Below, piece by piece: positions 52,054 to 61,186 of a stretch of 64,000 bases of DNA. Source of the stretch: an uncultured Planctomycetales bacterium (GTDB taxonomy: Bacteria > Omnitrophota > Gorgyraeia > Zapsychrales > Fredricksoniimonadaceae); the NCBI GenBank assembly GCA_964520655.1, contig CAZFNI010000001.1:122283-186282 (forward strand). The letters run 5' to 3'. Below the pieces are notes generated by a model that saw nothing but the letters and a program-made list of their open reading frames with translations, ran no database searches and was not told the DNA's origin. A program made the translations under genes and the position numbers. How positions within the stretch are numbered: position 1 is the first letter of the stretch; each line of letters opens with the position of its first letter.

Positions 52054-52743
52054 ATGAATATACCAAAGAAATATCAGCCCAAAGGTTTCATGATCATCTA
52101 CGAGGATAAAGATATTATCGTGGGTAATAAATCCGCGGGTGCATTAAGCGTGGCGGCGCTCTGGAACAGGGAGGATACGATACACCAGGCCTTGAATTGG
52201 TATGTGCGCAAAGGTCAGGTGAAATCCCGTAAGTGTGTTTATGTGGTGCATCGTTTGGATCAGGATACAACAGGGGTTATGGTGTACGCGAAAACGCCCC
52301 AGGCGCAGGCATTCTTAAAAGAAAACTGGCCTAACACGGTGAAATACTACTACGCGATCGTGCAGGGCAATATCCAGAAAAAAAGTGGGACGTTTTCCAG
52401 TTACTTGAAAGAGGATGATGATTATGTGGTGCATTCAACAAAGGACCGTAAAGAGGGAAAGTTCGCGCGGACCGATTATGATGTATTAAAAGAGAATGCG
52501 AAGTTCACACTCGTGAAGGTTCATTTGCTGACAGGCAAAAAGAATCAGATCCGGGTACATTTTGCGGAGAACGGTCATCCAGTAGTGGGGGATGATAAAT
52601 ACGGACCCAAGGTTTCCCGGCAAAAACATATGATGCTGCACGCGCATTATATTTCATTCTTACATCCATTTACTCGCAAGACTGTAGAGTTTAAGGCGGA
52701 GGTTCCGCAGTATTTCAAAGATACGATCCCTTATGCATATTGA
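52054..52743 (+). CDS. RluA-family pseudouridine synthase
   Basis: Catalytic HRLDQDTTGVMVYAK motif. Confidence 0.85.
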   Translation: MNIPKKYQPKGFMIIYEDKDIIVGNKSAGALSVAALWNREDTIHQALNWYVRKGQVKSRKCVYVVHRLDQDTTGVMVYAKTPQAQAFLKENWPNTVKYYYAIVQGNIQKKSGTFSSYLKEDDDYVVHSTKDRKEGKFARTDYDVLKENAKFTLVKVHLLTGKKNQIRVHFAENGHPVVGDDKYGPKVSRQKHMMLHAHYISFLHPFTRKTVEFKAEVPQYFKDTIPYAY

Positions 52744-53948
52744 CCCGCCGCAAATCCGGAAGCCCAGGCCCACTGGAAATTATATCCTCCCAGATGTCCT
52801 GTGACATCCACCGCTTCACCAATAAAATAGAGTCCGGGGACTTTAACGGTTTCCATGGTCTTTGATGATAATTCTTTGGTATCGATCCCGCCTAATGTCA
52901 CTTCGGCCTTGGTGTAGCCTTCCGTGCCTGTGGGGGTAAAGCGAAAGGCGTTAAGTGTCTGACCTATAAATCGCATCTCTTTTAGGGATAGATCTTTTAA
53001 AGCTTTATTCGGGAATGCGTGTTCGCACAAGGTGTCAGAGAGTCTTGTCGGGAGGAATTTTTTAAGAAAGGTTTTGAGTGTGGTGGTATTTCGTTGATTT
53101 TGTTCCAGAATTTTAGTCATGTCCTGCTCTGGGACCAGGTTAACGGTAATTGCCTGCCTTGGCTTCCAGTAGGAGGAGATCTGCAGGATCGCAGGTCCAC
53201 TTAAGCCCTTGTGAGTAAAAAGAATGTTCTCCCGAAAAGATGTTTTTCCAAAAGAGACGATGGTATTTAGAGAAACACCTGAAAGCGTCTTGTAGATAGC
53301 CAGGTCTTGGGTGGACAATGTCAACGGAACAAGGCCTGGAGTACAGGGAATGGTGTTGATATCAAAATGTTTGGCGATCGAAAAAGCAATGTCAGATGTG
53401 CCTAAAGCGGGTATGGATAATCCTCCCGAAGCGACAACGACAGAGTGGCAGTGTATCGCTCCTTTATCAGTGGTAACGAGAAAATGCATATCTTGGCAGA
53501 TGTTCAAGGCTTTTGTTTGGGTCAAGAATCTAACGCCGTAATTGCGGCATTCTTCTTTGAGCATGCTGATAATATCCTGGGCGCTGTTGTCGCAGAATAA
53601 TTGGCCGAGTTTCTTCTCATGATAGGGTATGTTGTATTTACGGACTAATTTAAGAAAATCATGAGGTGTAAAACGGGCCAGGGCAGACTTCATAAAATGA
53701 GTGTTTTGGCAGATGTAGTTGGCGGGGGAAGCATTAAGATTCGTGAAGTTACAGCGGCCGCCTCCTGAAATACGGATTTTTTTGCCCGGCTGATCATTGT
53801 GTTCCAGGATGATGGTCCGCCGGCCTCGTTTGCCGGTCTCGATCGCGCACATCATACCGGCCGCGCCGGCCCCGATAATGACAACGTCCACGTCAGTGGT
53901 TGGTTCTTCCATGGGTGTTAGTATAGAACATGGATGAAAATAATCCAA
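52731..53948 (-). CDS. HI0933/BaiN-like FAD-dependent flavoprotein (aminoacetone-oxidase family)
   Basis: N-terminal VVIIGAGAAGMMCA dinucleotide-binding motif. About 405 aa. Confidence 0.8.
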   Translation of the reverse strand: MDYFHPCSILTPMEEPTTDVDVVIIGAGAAGMMCAIETGKRGRRTIILEHNDQPGKKIRISGGGRCNFTNLNASPANYICQNTHFMKSALARFTPHDFLKLVRKYNIPYHEKKLGQLFCDNSAQDIISMLKEECRNYGVRFLTQTKALNICQDMHFLVTTDKGAIHCHSVVVASGGLSIPALGTSDIAFSIAKHFDINTIPCTPGLVPLTLSTQDLAIYKTLSGVSLNTIVSFGKTSFRENILFTHKGLSGPAILQISSYWKPRQAITVNLVPEQDMTKILEQNQRNTTTLKTFLKKFLPTRLSDTLCEHAFPNKALKDLSLKEMRFIGQTLNAFRFTPTGTEGYTKAEVTLGGIDTKELSSKTMETVKVPGLYFIGEAVDVTGHLGGYNFQWAWASGFAAGQYA

Positions 53949-54006
53949 TTTTTTATTGATTTTTATCTTTCTATATCGTAATATTTGAATATAACGATAA
54001 ACAGAT

Positions 54007-54285
54007 ATGGAGGTGTTCGTGGAATATCAAAAGATCGCAAAAGTGTTAAGGGTCTTGGGTCATCCGGCCAGGCTGCAGATGGCGGAGGGGATCGCCAAGT
54101 ACGGCTGCCATGTGGGCAAGATCGTTGACAGGATGGGGCTGCCCCAGTCAACGGTTTCCCAGCATCTGGCAGCACTGCGCTCGGCAGGGATCGTGGATTG
54201 CGAAAGGAAAGGTCTACGGTCCTGCTATCACGTCACCGATAAAAGATTTCTTAAGATGCTTAAAGTGCTGGGAGAGTTCTCTTGA
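54007..54285 (+). CDS. ArsR/SmtB-family metalloregulatory transcription factor
   Basis: HTH GHPARLQM...CHVGKIV...QSTVSQHLAALRSAGIV. Confidence 0.8.
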   Translation: MEVFVEYQKIAKVLRVLGHPARLQMAEGIAKYGCHVGKIVDRMGLPQSTVSQHLAALRSAGIVDCERKGLRSCYHVTDKRFLKMLKVLGEFS

Positions 54286-55649
54286 AAACGATCACTATGC
54301 TTATCATGATGTTGTTTATGCCTATTGTTTTAGTACACGCTCAGGCTGAAGGTATGGGGAATGTTGTTGCCTTCAAAGAATATTTGGGGCAGGTGTTGGA
54401 GTATTATCCTATATTAAAGAAGGACAATGCGTCGCTGGAAAAAGCCATTGCTCAGAAAGCGGTGGCAGCATCAGCTCAAATGCCTCAATTGTGGGCCTCC
54501 GTTAAGATGGATTACGGTGATGATCCGGTTTATGTCTTTGGAGCGCTTTTGCGGCAAAATAAATTTAGCAATGATGATTTTGCGTTAGGACGTCTCAATA
54601 GTCCAGCACCAAAAGCAGATTATGGGGCAGGGGTAGAAGGGCAATGGTTGCTGTTTGATTTTTCTCAGACGGCATCCAAAGTAAAAATGTTTAAAGCGAC
54701 CGTGGAAGCTGCTGATTTCCAAAAGAAGGCGTCTCGTATGGAGGCGATATTGGCTGCTTCAGAAGTGTACAGCCGCTTAGCCCAAACGGATGAATTTCTA
54801 AAGATCCTGGATCACATTGTTAAGAATGTGAATGATGATGTGAATATGTCAGAAAGTTTGAGCCGTCAAGGATTGAAGCTTGGGGCGGATTTTTATTTGG
54901 CACGCATGGTGCAAACCAGACTCTCACAGACGAAAAATGAAGCACTGGCTGAGAGGGCGGCATTGAATATGGTGTTTAATATTATGCGGGGCCAAGCTCC
55001 AGATATTCCGGTTAAAGTAGTGATGGATTTTAATAAGTCCATACTGTTTGATGGCAAAGCCGAGGATTGGGTTGCCAAATCCGTGTCACATCGCTTAGAT
55101 ATTCAAGCCATGTCCAAAATGATCGAGAGTCAGGGGTATGGGCTTGAACATGAACGCAAAAGCGCACTACCTAAGATCATGGCATACGGCAGAGCGGATG
55201 AGAACGTGCATCGTCTGGGAAGTTCAGGTGGCAGCAATTATACGCTTGGCATTAAAGCAAAAATGGATCTGTTTAATCCTGGGCATGGATCAAGTGTAAA
55301 GGTTGAACAGCAAGAAGTAAATCGTCTAACGGCTCAATTACAGCAGACGAAAGATCAAGCGGCCAAAGACATTGCAGAAACATTTTATCGGGCGGAGGCG
55401 CTGGTCAATAATCTGAAGCTCGCAGAACAGTACCGCAATGATGCTCAAGAAGCTGTGAGTCTTATGGATCCTCTCTATAAAGAAGGCCGGCGCTCCATTG
55501 AACAAATGGCTGCTGTTCGGACAAGTTTTCTGGAAGCTGATCAGCGTTTGTTGAATCTGCAAGCGAAGCGATTGCAGACGTATCTGACATTGAAATATTA
55601 TTCGGGTGAACTTAATGAGAGCGAGGCATTGAACGTTTATGGACAATGA
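54282..55649 (+). CDS. TolC-like outer-membrane efflux factor (OMF)
   Basis: Signal peptide. Two coiled-coil / beta-barrel repeats. 455 aa. Overlaps the ArsR stop and the RND start. Confidence 0.75.
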   Translation: MKTITMLIMMLFMPIVLVHAQAEGMGNVVAFKEYLGQVLEYYPILKKDNASLEKAIAQKAVAASAQMPQLWASVKMDYGDDPVYVFGALLRQNKFSNDDFALGRLNSPAPKADYGAGVEGQWLLFDFSQTASKVKMFKATVEAADFQKKASRMEAILAASEVYSRLAQTDEFLKILDHIVKNVNDDVNMSESLSRQGLKLGADFYLARMVQTRLSQTKNEALAERAALNMVFNIMRGQAPDIPVKVVMDFNKSILFDGKAEDWVAKSVSHRLDIQAMSKMIESQGYGLEHERKSALPKIMAYGRADENVHRLGSSGGSNYTLGIKAKMDLFNPGHGSSVKVEQQEVNRLTAQLQQTKDQAAKDIAETFYRAEALVNNLKLAEQYRNDAQEAVSLMDPLYKEGRRSIEQMAAVRTSFLEADQRLLNLQAKRLQTYLTLKYYSGELNESEALNVYGQ

Positions 55650-58600
55650 GCGAATGAATTGGATAGGTAAGGTGGTTGCGTTTTTTGTGCAGTCTAAGGT
55701 AACGCCGTTGATCCTTGGGTTCTCCTTATTTTTGGGGATCATTGCGGTGGTGAATCTGGCGCGTGAGGAAGAACCGCAGATCTCTGTGCCGATGTTCGAT
55801 ATTTTTGTTCGTTACCCAGGTGCTAGTGCTCAAGAGGTTGAGCGCCGGATCATTAATGTGGGAGAAAGAAAGCTTTGGGAAGTGCCTGGGGTTGAGTATA
55901 TCTATTCCACAGCACAGTCCAATGGCGCGTTGATCGTTGTCCGCTTTAAGGTCGGCGAAGACATGGAGCGTTCATTAACAAAGCTTTACACAAAGGTCTT
56001 TGCGAATTTGGATTTCTTGCCGCCAGGGGCGGGTCAACCTTTAGTTAAGGCACATGCCATTGATGATGTCCCGATCTTAAGCATGACATTTCATTCTGCG
56101 AAACACAGTCCCCAGCAGTTAAGGAGTATCGCAGCAGCAGTTCGTGAATCCATAAACACGATCCCCGACATTTCTCAGACACAATTGATCGGCGGGCGTA
56201 CCCGTCAATGGATGGTGCATTTAGATGAAGAAAAGCTTAAAGCGCATTATTTGGGTGTGGCGGATATTGGTCATTTGATCCGCCAGGCCAATATTAAAAC
56301 GGAAGGGGGGCATTTGGAGGTGTCCCCGGAAGCGGCATTGGTTCAGGCAAACGGGTTTTTTCGAAGTGCGGAAGATCTAAATAATCTGGTCGTCAGTGTC
56401 TCGGGTAAAGATATTGTTTTTTTAAAAGACATTGCTGACATTGTTGATGGTCCTGATCAGGATGAGCGTTTGGTCAATATCCGTTTTGGCAAAGGGTATG
56501 AATTAGAGGACAAGGGTGTCTATGACGCGGTCACTTTGGCGGTATCCAAACGTAAAGGGGCCAATGCTACTTGGATCGCTCAACAAGCACTGGAAAAGGT
56601 CAAGTCTTTAGAAGGTAATATTATTCCTGCGGGTGTGAAAATGACGGTGACCCGTAATTACGGCGAAACGGCGGCAGAGAAGTCCAATGAATTACTGTAT
56701 CACATGGGTATCGCGGTCCTTGGGGTGACGTTGTTGATCGCGTTGGCTTTAGGCTGGCGGGAATCGGGTGTTGTCGCGGTGGCTATTCCGGTGACCCTGG
56801 CCTTGACACTGGCGTCATTCTATTGGATGGGTTTTACCTTAAACCGCATCACATTGTTCGCATTGATCTTTTCTATTGGTATATTAGTGGATGATCCGAT
56901 CGTAAACGTCGAGAACATTGTCCGTCATTTGCGGCTCGCGCAAAATCGAGGGAAAAAATTCCTGGATATTGTTATCGGCGCTGTCAACGAAGTCCAAAGT
57001 CCCTTGATCTTAGCGACGTTAACTGTTGTTGCCGCGATTTTACCAATGGCGTTTGTCAGTGGTTTAATGGGACCCTATATGCGGCCTATTCCTATAGGTT
57101 CAAGCATGGCCATGATGTTTTCGATGATGGCGGCTTTTGTTGCAACACCATGGGCGGCGTATGTGATCCTGCGACGGGCCCACGAACGGGGGGCGCTTAA
57201 AGATGGCCACGATCATCGTGAAGATGCGCTGACAAAATTCTATCGTTGGTATATGCAGCCGCTTATTTATAACAATCAAGTGCGGCAAATTTTCTTGATC
57301 GTCATGGGGGTACTCTTGTGCGCGTCTATTCTCCTTGTACCGCTTAAAGCGGTTAAGGTGAAAATGCTCCCCTTTGATAATAAGGACGAATTCCAGGTCA
57401 TTCTAGATATGCCGGAAGGGACATCGTTTGATAAAACAGCTGCCGTCATCCAGGAGATGGCGGAATATCTGCGCTCCGTCCCTGAGGTTAAAGATATCGA
57501 AGCTTATGTCGGGACCAGCGCGCCGTATAATTTTAACGGACTGGTGCGTCATTATTATTTACGTCAATCGCCGCGCGAAGCAGACTTACAGGTGAATTTA
57601 CTGCCTAAACATAAACGGCATCGTCAAAGTCATGAGATTGCCAAGTCTGTGCGCACCGGCATCCACGAGATCGCAGCCCGTCATCGCGGTCATGTGCAGG
57701 TGGCCGAAGTGCCTCCAGGCCCTCCAGTATTATCGACGCTGAGCATGGAAGTGTATGGTCATGATAATAAGGATCGTGATCAGTTATCAAGGGATGTTGA
57801 AGGGGTTATGGCCGCCAATGCGAATATTACGGATATTACAACGCATGTGGCTTCTGATCAGCGTTTGATGCGTTTGGTGATCGACCATCACAAAGCTGGA
57901 TTAAATGGGATCGCTTCTGATGTGATCGCAAAGACGATAGCGGCCGCGCTTGCCGGAGAGAAGGTAGATTTGGCGCATTTAGAAGAGGAATATGAGCCGG
58001 TTGAGATTATGGTGCGTTTGCCGTCAAAGAAGCGTGCGGATCTTGATCATGTGTTGGCTATGACCATTCTTTCCCGCAATGGGGTGCCGGTACCGTTAAG
58101 AGATCTGATTGTTTTGAAGGATGGCATCGAAGACAAGCCTATCTACCACAAAAATCTGATGAGGGTCAGTTATGTGTTAGGCGATGTCACGGGTCCGTTT
58201 GAAAGTCCTGTATATGTCGTGTTCGAGCTTGATCAAAAGCTCAAAGGATTGAAATTGCCCGGCGTTAATAATAAACAAACGCAGTTAAGAACGCATTGGA
58301 CGGATATGCCCAAAGATGAAAGTCTCTGGGCGGTCAAATTCGACGGTGAGTGGCAGGTGACCTATGAGGTTTTCAGGGATCTAGGTATAGCGTTTGGTGT
58401 TGTGTTGCTGTTGATCTATGTGCTCGTTGTTGGGTGGTTTAAATCATTTAAGACACCGATCATCATCATGCTCCCGATCCCTTTGACTTTGGTCGGCATC
58501 TTGCCCGCACACTGGATCTTTGGGGTTTTCTTCTCGGCCACCTCAATGATCGGGATGATCGCAGGGGCGGGGATCGTGGTGCGTAATTCGATCATTTTGG

Positions 58601-58890
58601 TTGATTTTATCCAATTACGATTGAAAGAGGGGATGCCTCTTCAAGAAGCGGTGATCGATGCCGGGGCCACGCGTTTCAGGCCAATGTTGTTAACGGCATT
58701 GGCAGTAGCGGTTGGGGCATCAGTTATTTTGTTTGACCCCATTTTCCAGGGGCTGGCGGTGTCGCTCATGGCTGGTGAGATCGCATCGACTTTTCTAGCC
58801 AGGACGGCTATTCCAGTCGTCTATTATATGGCCAATAGGAAAGATATTTCATTGATCAACAACGAGGATAAAGGAGGTGTATCATGTTAG
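55639..58890 (+). CDS. RND-superfamily efflux transporter permease (CzcA/CusA/AcrB-like)
   Basis: 1083 aa, 12 TM helices with two large periplasmic loops. N-terminal MNWIGKVVAFFVQSKVTPLILGFSLFLGIIAV. No membrane-fusion-protein gene lies between the OMF and the RND. Confidence 0.85.
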   Translation: MDNERMNWIGKVVAFFVQSKVTPLILGFSLFLGIIAVVNLAREEEPQISVPMFDIFVRYPGASAQEVERRIINVGERKLWEVPGVEYIYSTAQSNGALIVVRFKVGEDMERSLTKLYTKVFANLDFLPPGAGQPLVKAHAIDDVPILSMTFHSAKHSPQQLRSIAAAVRESINTIPDISQTQLIGGRTRQWMVHLDEEKLKAHYLGVADIGHLIRQANIKTEGGHLEVSPEAALVQANGFFRSAEDLNNLVVSVSGKDIVFLKDIADIVDGPDQDERLVNIRFGKGYELEDKGVYDAVTLAVSKRKGANATWIAQQALEKVKSLEGNIIPAGVKMTVTRNYGETAAEKSNELLYHMGIAVLGVTLLIALALGWRESGVVAVAIPVTLALTLASFYWMGFTLNRITLFALIFSIGILVDDPIVNVENIVRHLRLAQNRGKKFLDIVIGAVNEVQSPLILATLTVVAAILPMAFVSGLMGPYMRPIPIGSSMAMMFSMMAAFVATPWAAYVILRRAHERGALKDGHDHREDALTKFYRWYMQPLIYNNQVRQIFLIVMGVLLCASILLVPLKAVKVKMLPFDNKDEFQVILDMPEGTSFDKTAAVIQEMAEYLRSVPEVKDIEAYVGTSAPYNFNGLVRHYYLRQSPREADLQVNLLPKHKRHRQSHEIAKSVRTGIHEIAARHRGHVQVAEVPPGPPVLSTLSMEVYGHDNKDRDQLSRDVEGVMAANANITDITTHVASDQRLMRLVIDHHKAGLNGIASDVIAKTIAAALAGEKVDLAHLEEEYEPVEIMVRLPSKKRADLDHVLAMTILSRNGVPVPLRDLIVLKDGIEDKPIYHKNLMRVSYVLGDVTGPFESPVYVVFELDQKLKGLKLPGVNNKQTQLRTHWTDMPKDESLWAVKFDGEWQVTYEVFRDLGIAFGVVLLLIYVLVVGWFKSFKTPIIIMLPIPLTLVGILPAHWIFGVFFSATSMIGMIAGAGIVVRNSIILVDFIQLRLKEGMPLQEAVIDAGATRFRPMLLTALAVAVGASVILFDPIFQGLAVSLMAGEIASTFLARTAIPVVYYMANRKDISLINNEDKGGVSC

Positions 58891-59069
58891 AGAGATCATT
58901 ACGAGGCATCGCGGGATTCTTTATCCTGTTGAGTTTGGCGCTGGCACACTATGTCGATGCCCGTTGGTTATGGTTTACAGCATTTGTGGGCGCTAATTTA
59001 TTCCAGTCGGCTTTTACCAACTGGTGCTTGATGATGACGATCTTAAAGAAATGTGGGATAAAAGAATGA
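58884..59069 (+). CDS. DUF2892 (YgaP-like) small membrane protein
   Basis: Conserved GANLFQSAFTNWC block. Confidence 0.55.
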   Translation: MLERSLRGIAGFFILLSLALAHYVDARWLWFTAFVGANLFQSAFTNWCLMMTILKKCGIKE

Positions 59070-59117
59070 TCAAGTTATAATAGTGAAGATTCTAGGATCA
59101 ATAAACGGGAAGACAGT

Positions 59118-60764
59118 ATGCGAATACTTATTGTAGGCGGAGTTGCGGGCGGGGCCTCAGCAGCGGCAAGGGCGAGACGCTTATCAGAGAGCGCCGAGAT
59201 CATTGTATTTGAACGCGGTGAGCATGTGTCTTTTGCCAATTGCGGACTGCCTTATCACATCGGTGGAGTTATCAAAGAGCGCGACAAATTGATCCTACAA
59301 ACACCTGTATCATTGTTTAAGCGGATGAACATTATCGTAAAGGTAAGATCCGAAGTCGTTAAGATCGTCCGTGAAAAGAAATATATTGAGGTTAAGGATC
59401 TGGTAACCGGCAAAATGACTCAAGAGCAATATGATGTGCTGATCCTAAGTCCTGGAGCGGAACCGATAAGGCCGTCGATGCCGGGCATTGATCTGCCTAA
59501 TGTCATGACACTGCGCAATATCGCGGATATGGACAGGATCAAAGTGCATGTGGACAAACTGGACCTCAAGCATGCGGTTGTCGTCGGAGGTGGATATATT
59601 GGTCTGGAAATGACCGAGGCGTTGCGTCAACGGGGGGTGGATGTCACGCTCATTGAATTATCACAACAAGTCATGGGGCCTGCCGACCCGGAAATGGCCT
59701 ATTATTTGCATCAAGAATTGAAAAAACATGCCGTGGATCTCAGGTTTGGTGTATCCATGACAGGGATATTTGAAGATGATGATGGGATCGCGGTCGCTTT
59801 AAGCAATTTGGAGAAGATAGCAACGGATTTTGTGATCCTAGCCATTGGCGTGAAGCCCGATGTCTCTTTAGCCAAAGCTGCAGGCTTAAAGATCGGAGAG
59901 CGCGGTGGGATCATGACCAATGCCGCTATGCTGACTAACGATCCGTCGATTTATGCGGTCGGTGATGCGGTTGAGGTGGAAGAATGGGTGACAGGTACGC
60001 GGGCATTGATCCCTTTAGCCGGCCCGGCTAATCGCCAGGGGCGTATCGCTGCGGATAATATTTTCAAACGCGGCAGTGTCTATAAAAAGACCCAAGGCAC
60101 AGCGGTATGCAAATTATTCGACCTGGCCATTGCCATGACCGGCATCAATGAGAAGACACTTAAGCGGATGAATTTGCCTTATGCGAAGATTCATACACAT
60201 GCCAATGACCATGCAGGGTATTATCCCGGTTCAAAGCAAATTCATATGAAATTACTATTCGATCCATCGTCGGGTAAGATCTACGGTGCCCAGGCGGTAG
60301 GTGAGAACGGAGTGGATAAACGTATTGATATTCTGGCAGTTGCGCTGCGTGCCGGGTTGACAGTTCATGATCTGCAGGATCTAGAGCTTTGTTATGCGCC
60401 TCCGTACGGATCGGCCAAAGATCTTGTTAATTTTTTGGGGTTTGTGGCCTCTAATGCCATTAACGGTGATGTGACGCATTGCTATATGGAAGACATCAAA
60501 AATGTTCGACCCAATCAAGTCATTCTCGATGTGCGCACTCAAAAGGAAGCTCAAAGCGGTGTGATCCCCGGGGCGGTCAATATCCCTGTTGATGAGCTGC
60601 GCGGACAACTGGGCGCATTGTCCAAAGATAAAGAATATCTGGCCTATTGCCAGGTGGGATTGCGGGGTTATTTAGCTTGCCGTATATTAAGTCAGTCGGG
60701 TTTTAAATGCCGGAATTTTTCCGGAGGGTATTTAACGTATCAAGCCGCTAGCGGCAATTCATAG
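59118..60764 (+). CDS. CoA-disulfide reductase with C-terminal rhodanese domain (CoADR-RHD)
   Basis: FAD motif ILIVGGVAGGASAAAR. Redox Cys in SFANCGLPY. C-terminal rhodanese with active Cys in AYCQVGLRG. Confidence 0.85.
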   Translation: MRILIVGGVAGGASAAARARRLSESAEIIVFERGEHVSFANCGLPYHIGGVIKERDKLILQTPVSLFKRMNIIVKVRSEVVKIVREKKYIEVKDLVTGKMTQEQYDVLILSPGAEPIRPSMPGIDLPNVMTLRNIADMDRIKVHVDKLDLKHAVVVGGGYIGLEMTEALRQRGVDVTLIELSQQVMGPADPEMAYYLHQELKKHAVDLRFGVSMTGIFEDDDGIAVALSNLEKIATDFVILAIGVKPDVSLAKAAGLKIGERGGIMTNAAMLTNDPSIYAVGDAVEVEEWVTGTRALIPLAGPANRQGRIAADNIFKRGSVYKKTQGTAVCKLFDLAIAMTGINEKTLKRMNLPYAKIHTHANDHAGYYPGSKQIHMKLLFDPSSGKIYGAQAVGENGVDKRIDILAVALRAGLTVHDLQDLELCYAPPYGSAKDLVNFLGFVASNAINGDVTHCYMEDIKNVRPNQVILDVRTQKEAQSGVIPGAVNIPVDELRGQLGALSKDKEYLAYCQVGLRGYLACRILSQSGFKCRNFSGGYLTYQAASGNS

Positions 60765-60770
60765 AAAGGA

Positions 60771-60992
60771 ATGACAATGAAGAATAAGATCAAAGTTCAT
60801 GATGGTATCGTAGGGACGGTTATTTTGTTAAGCGTGATCTTAGCCTATACGGTTGATATCCGCTGGGTATTTCTAGCGGGGGGTGTGTCGCTGGCTATGA
60901 TCTCAAGCGCGTTTACCGGATTTTGCCCGGTTTATTTTATCCTCAATCAATGCATGCCTTGCTCTGATGGTCAGGGCAAATGCTCTTCTTAA
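60771..60992 (+). CDS. DUF2892 (YgaP-like) small membrane protein
   Basis: Conserved SSAFTGFCPVYFIL block. Cys-rich C-terminus. Confidence 0.55.
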   Translation: MTMKNKIKVHDGIVGTVILLSVILAYTVDIRWVFLAGGVSLAMISSAFTGFCPVYFILNQCMPCSDGQGKCSS

Positions 60993-61062
60993 AAAGACGG
61001 TAAATGGTGTTCTGGGGAGAAATTACATAAATATGTCTGAAAAATCTTTGTAACACAATGTT

Positions 61063-61121
61063 TGACAATGATTTATGTAATTTCTCATTTCTTGACAACC
61101 TTCGTTGGTGTGCTATATTTT
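61063..61121 (+). promoter_or_regulatory. candidate sigma70 promoters upstream of paralog 3
   Basis: TTGACA at 61063-61068. A second TTGACA at ~61092-61097 followed 17 nt later by TATATT. Confidence 0.35.
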
Positions 61122-61186
61122 TCGTATTCTTTTTCATTTCCTAGACAGTGAATTCAAAATAATCAGAACGTAACGGAGAGAGCCAC

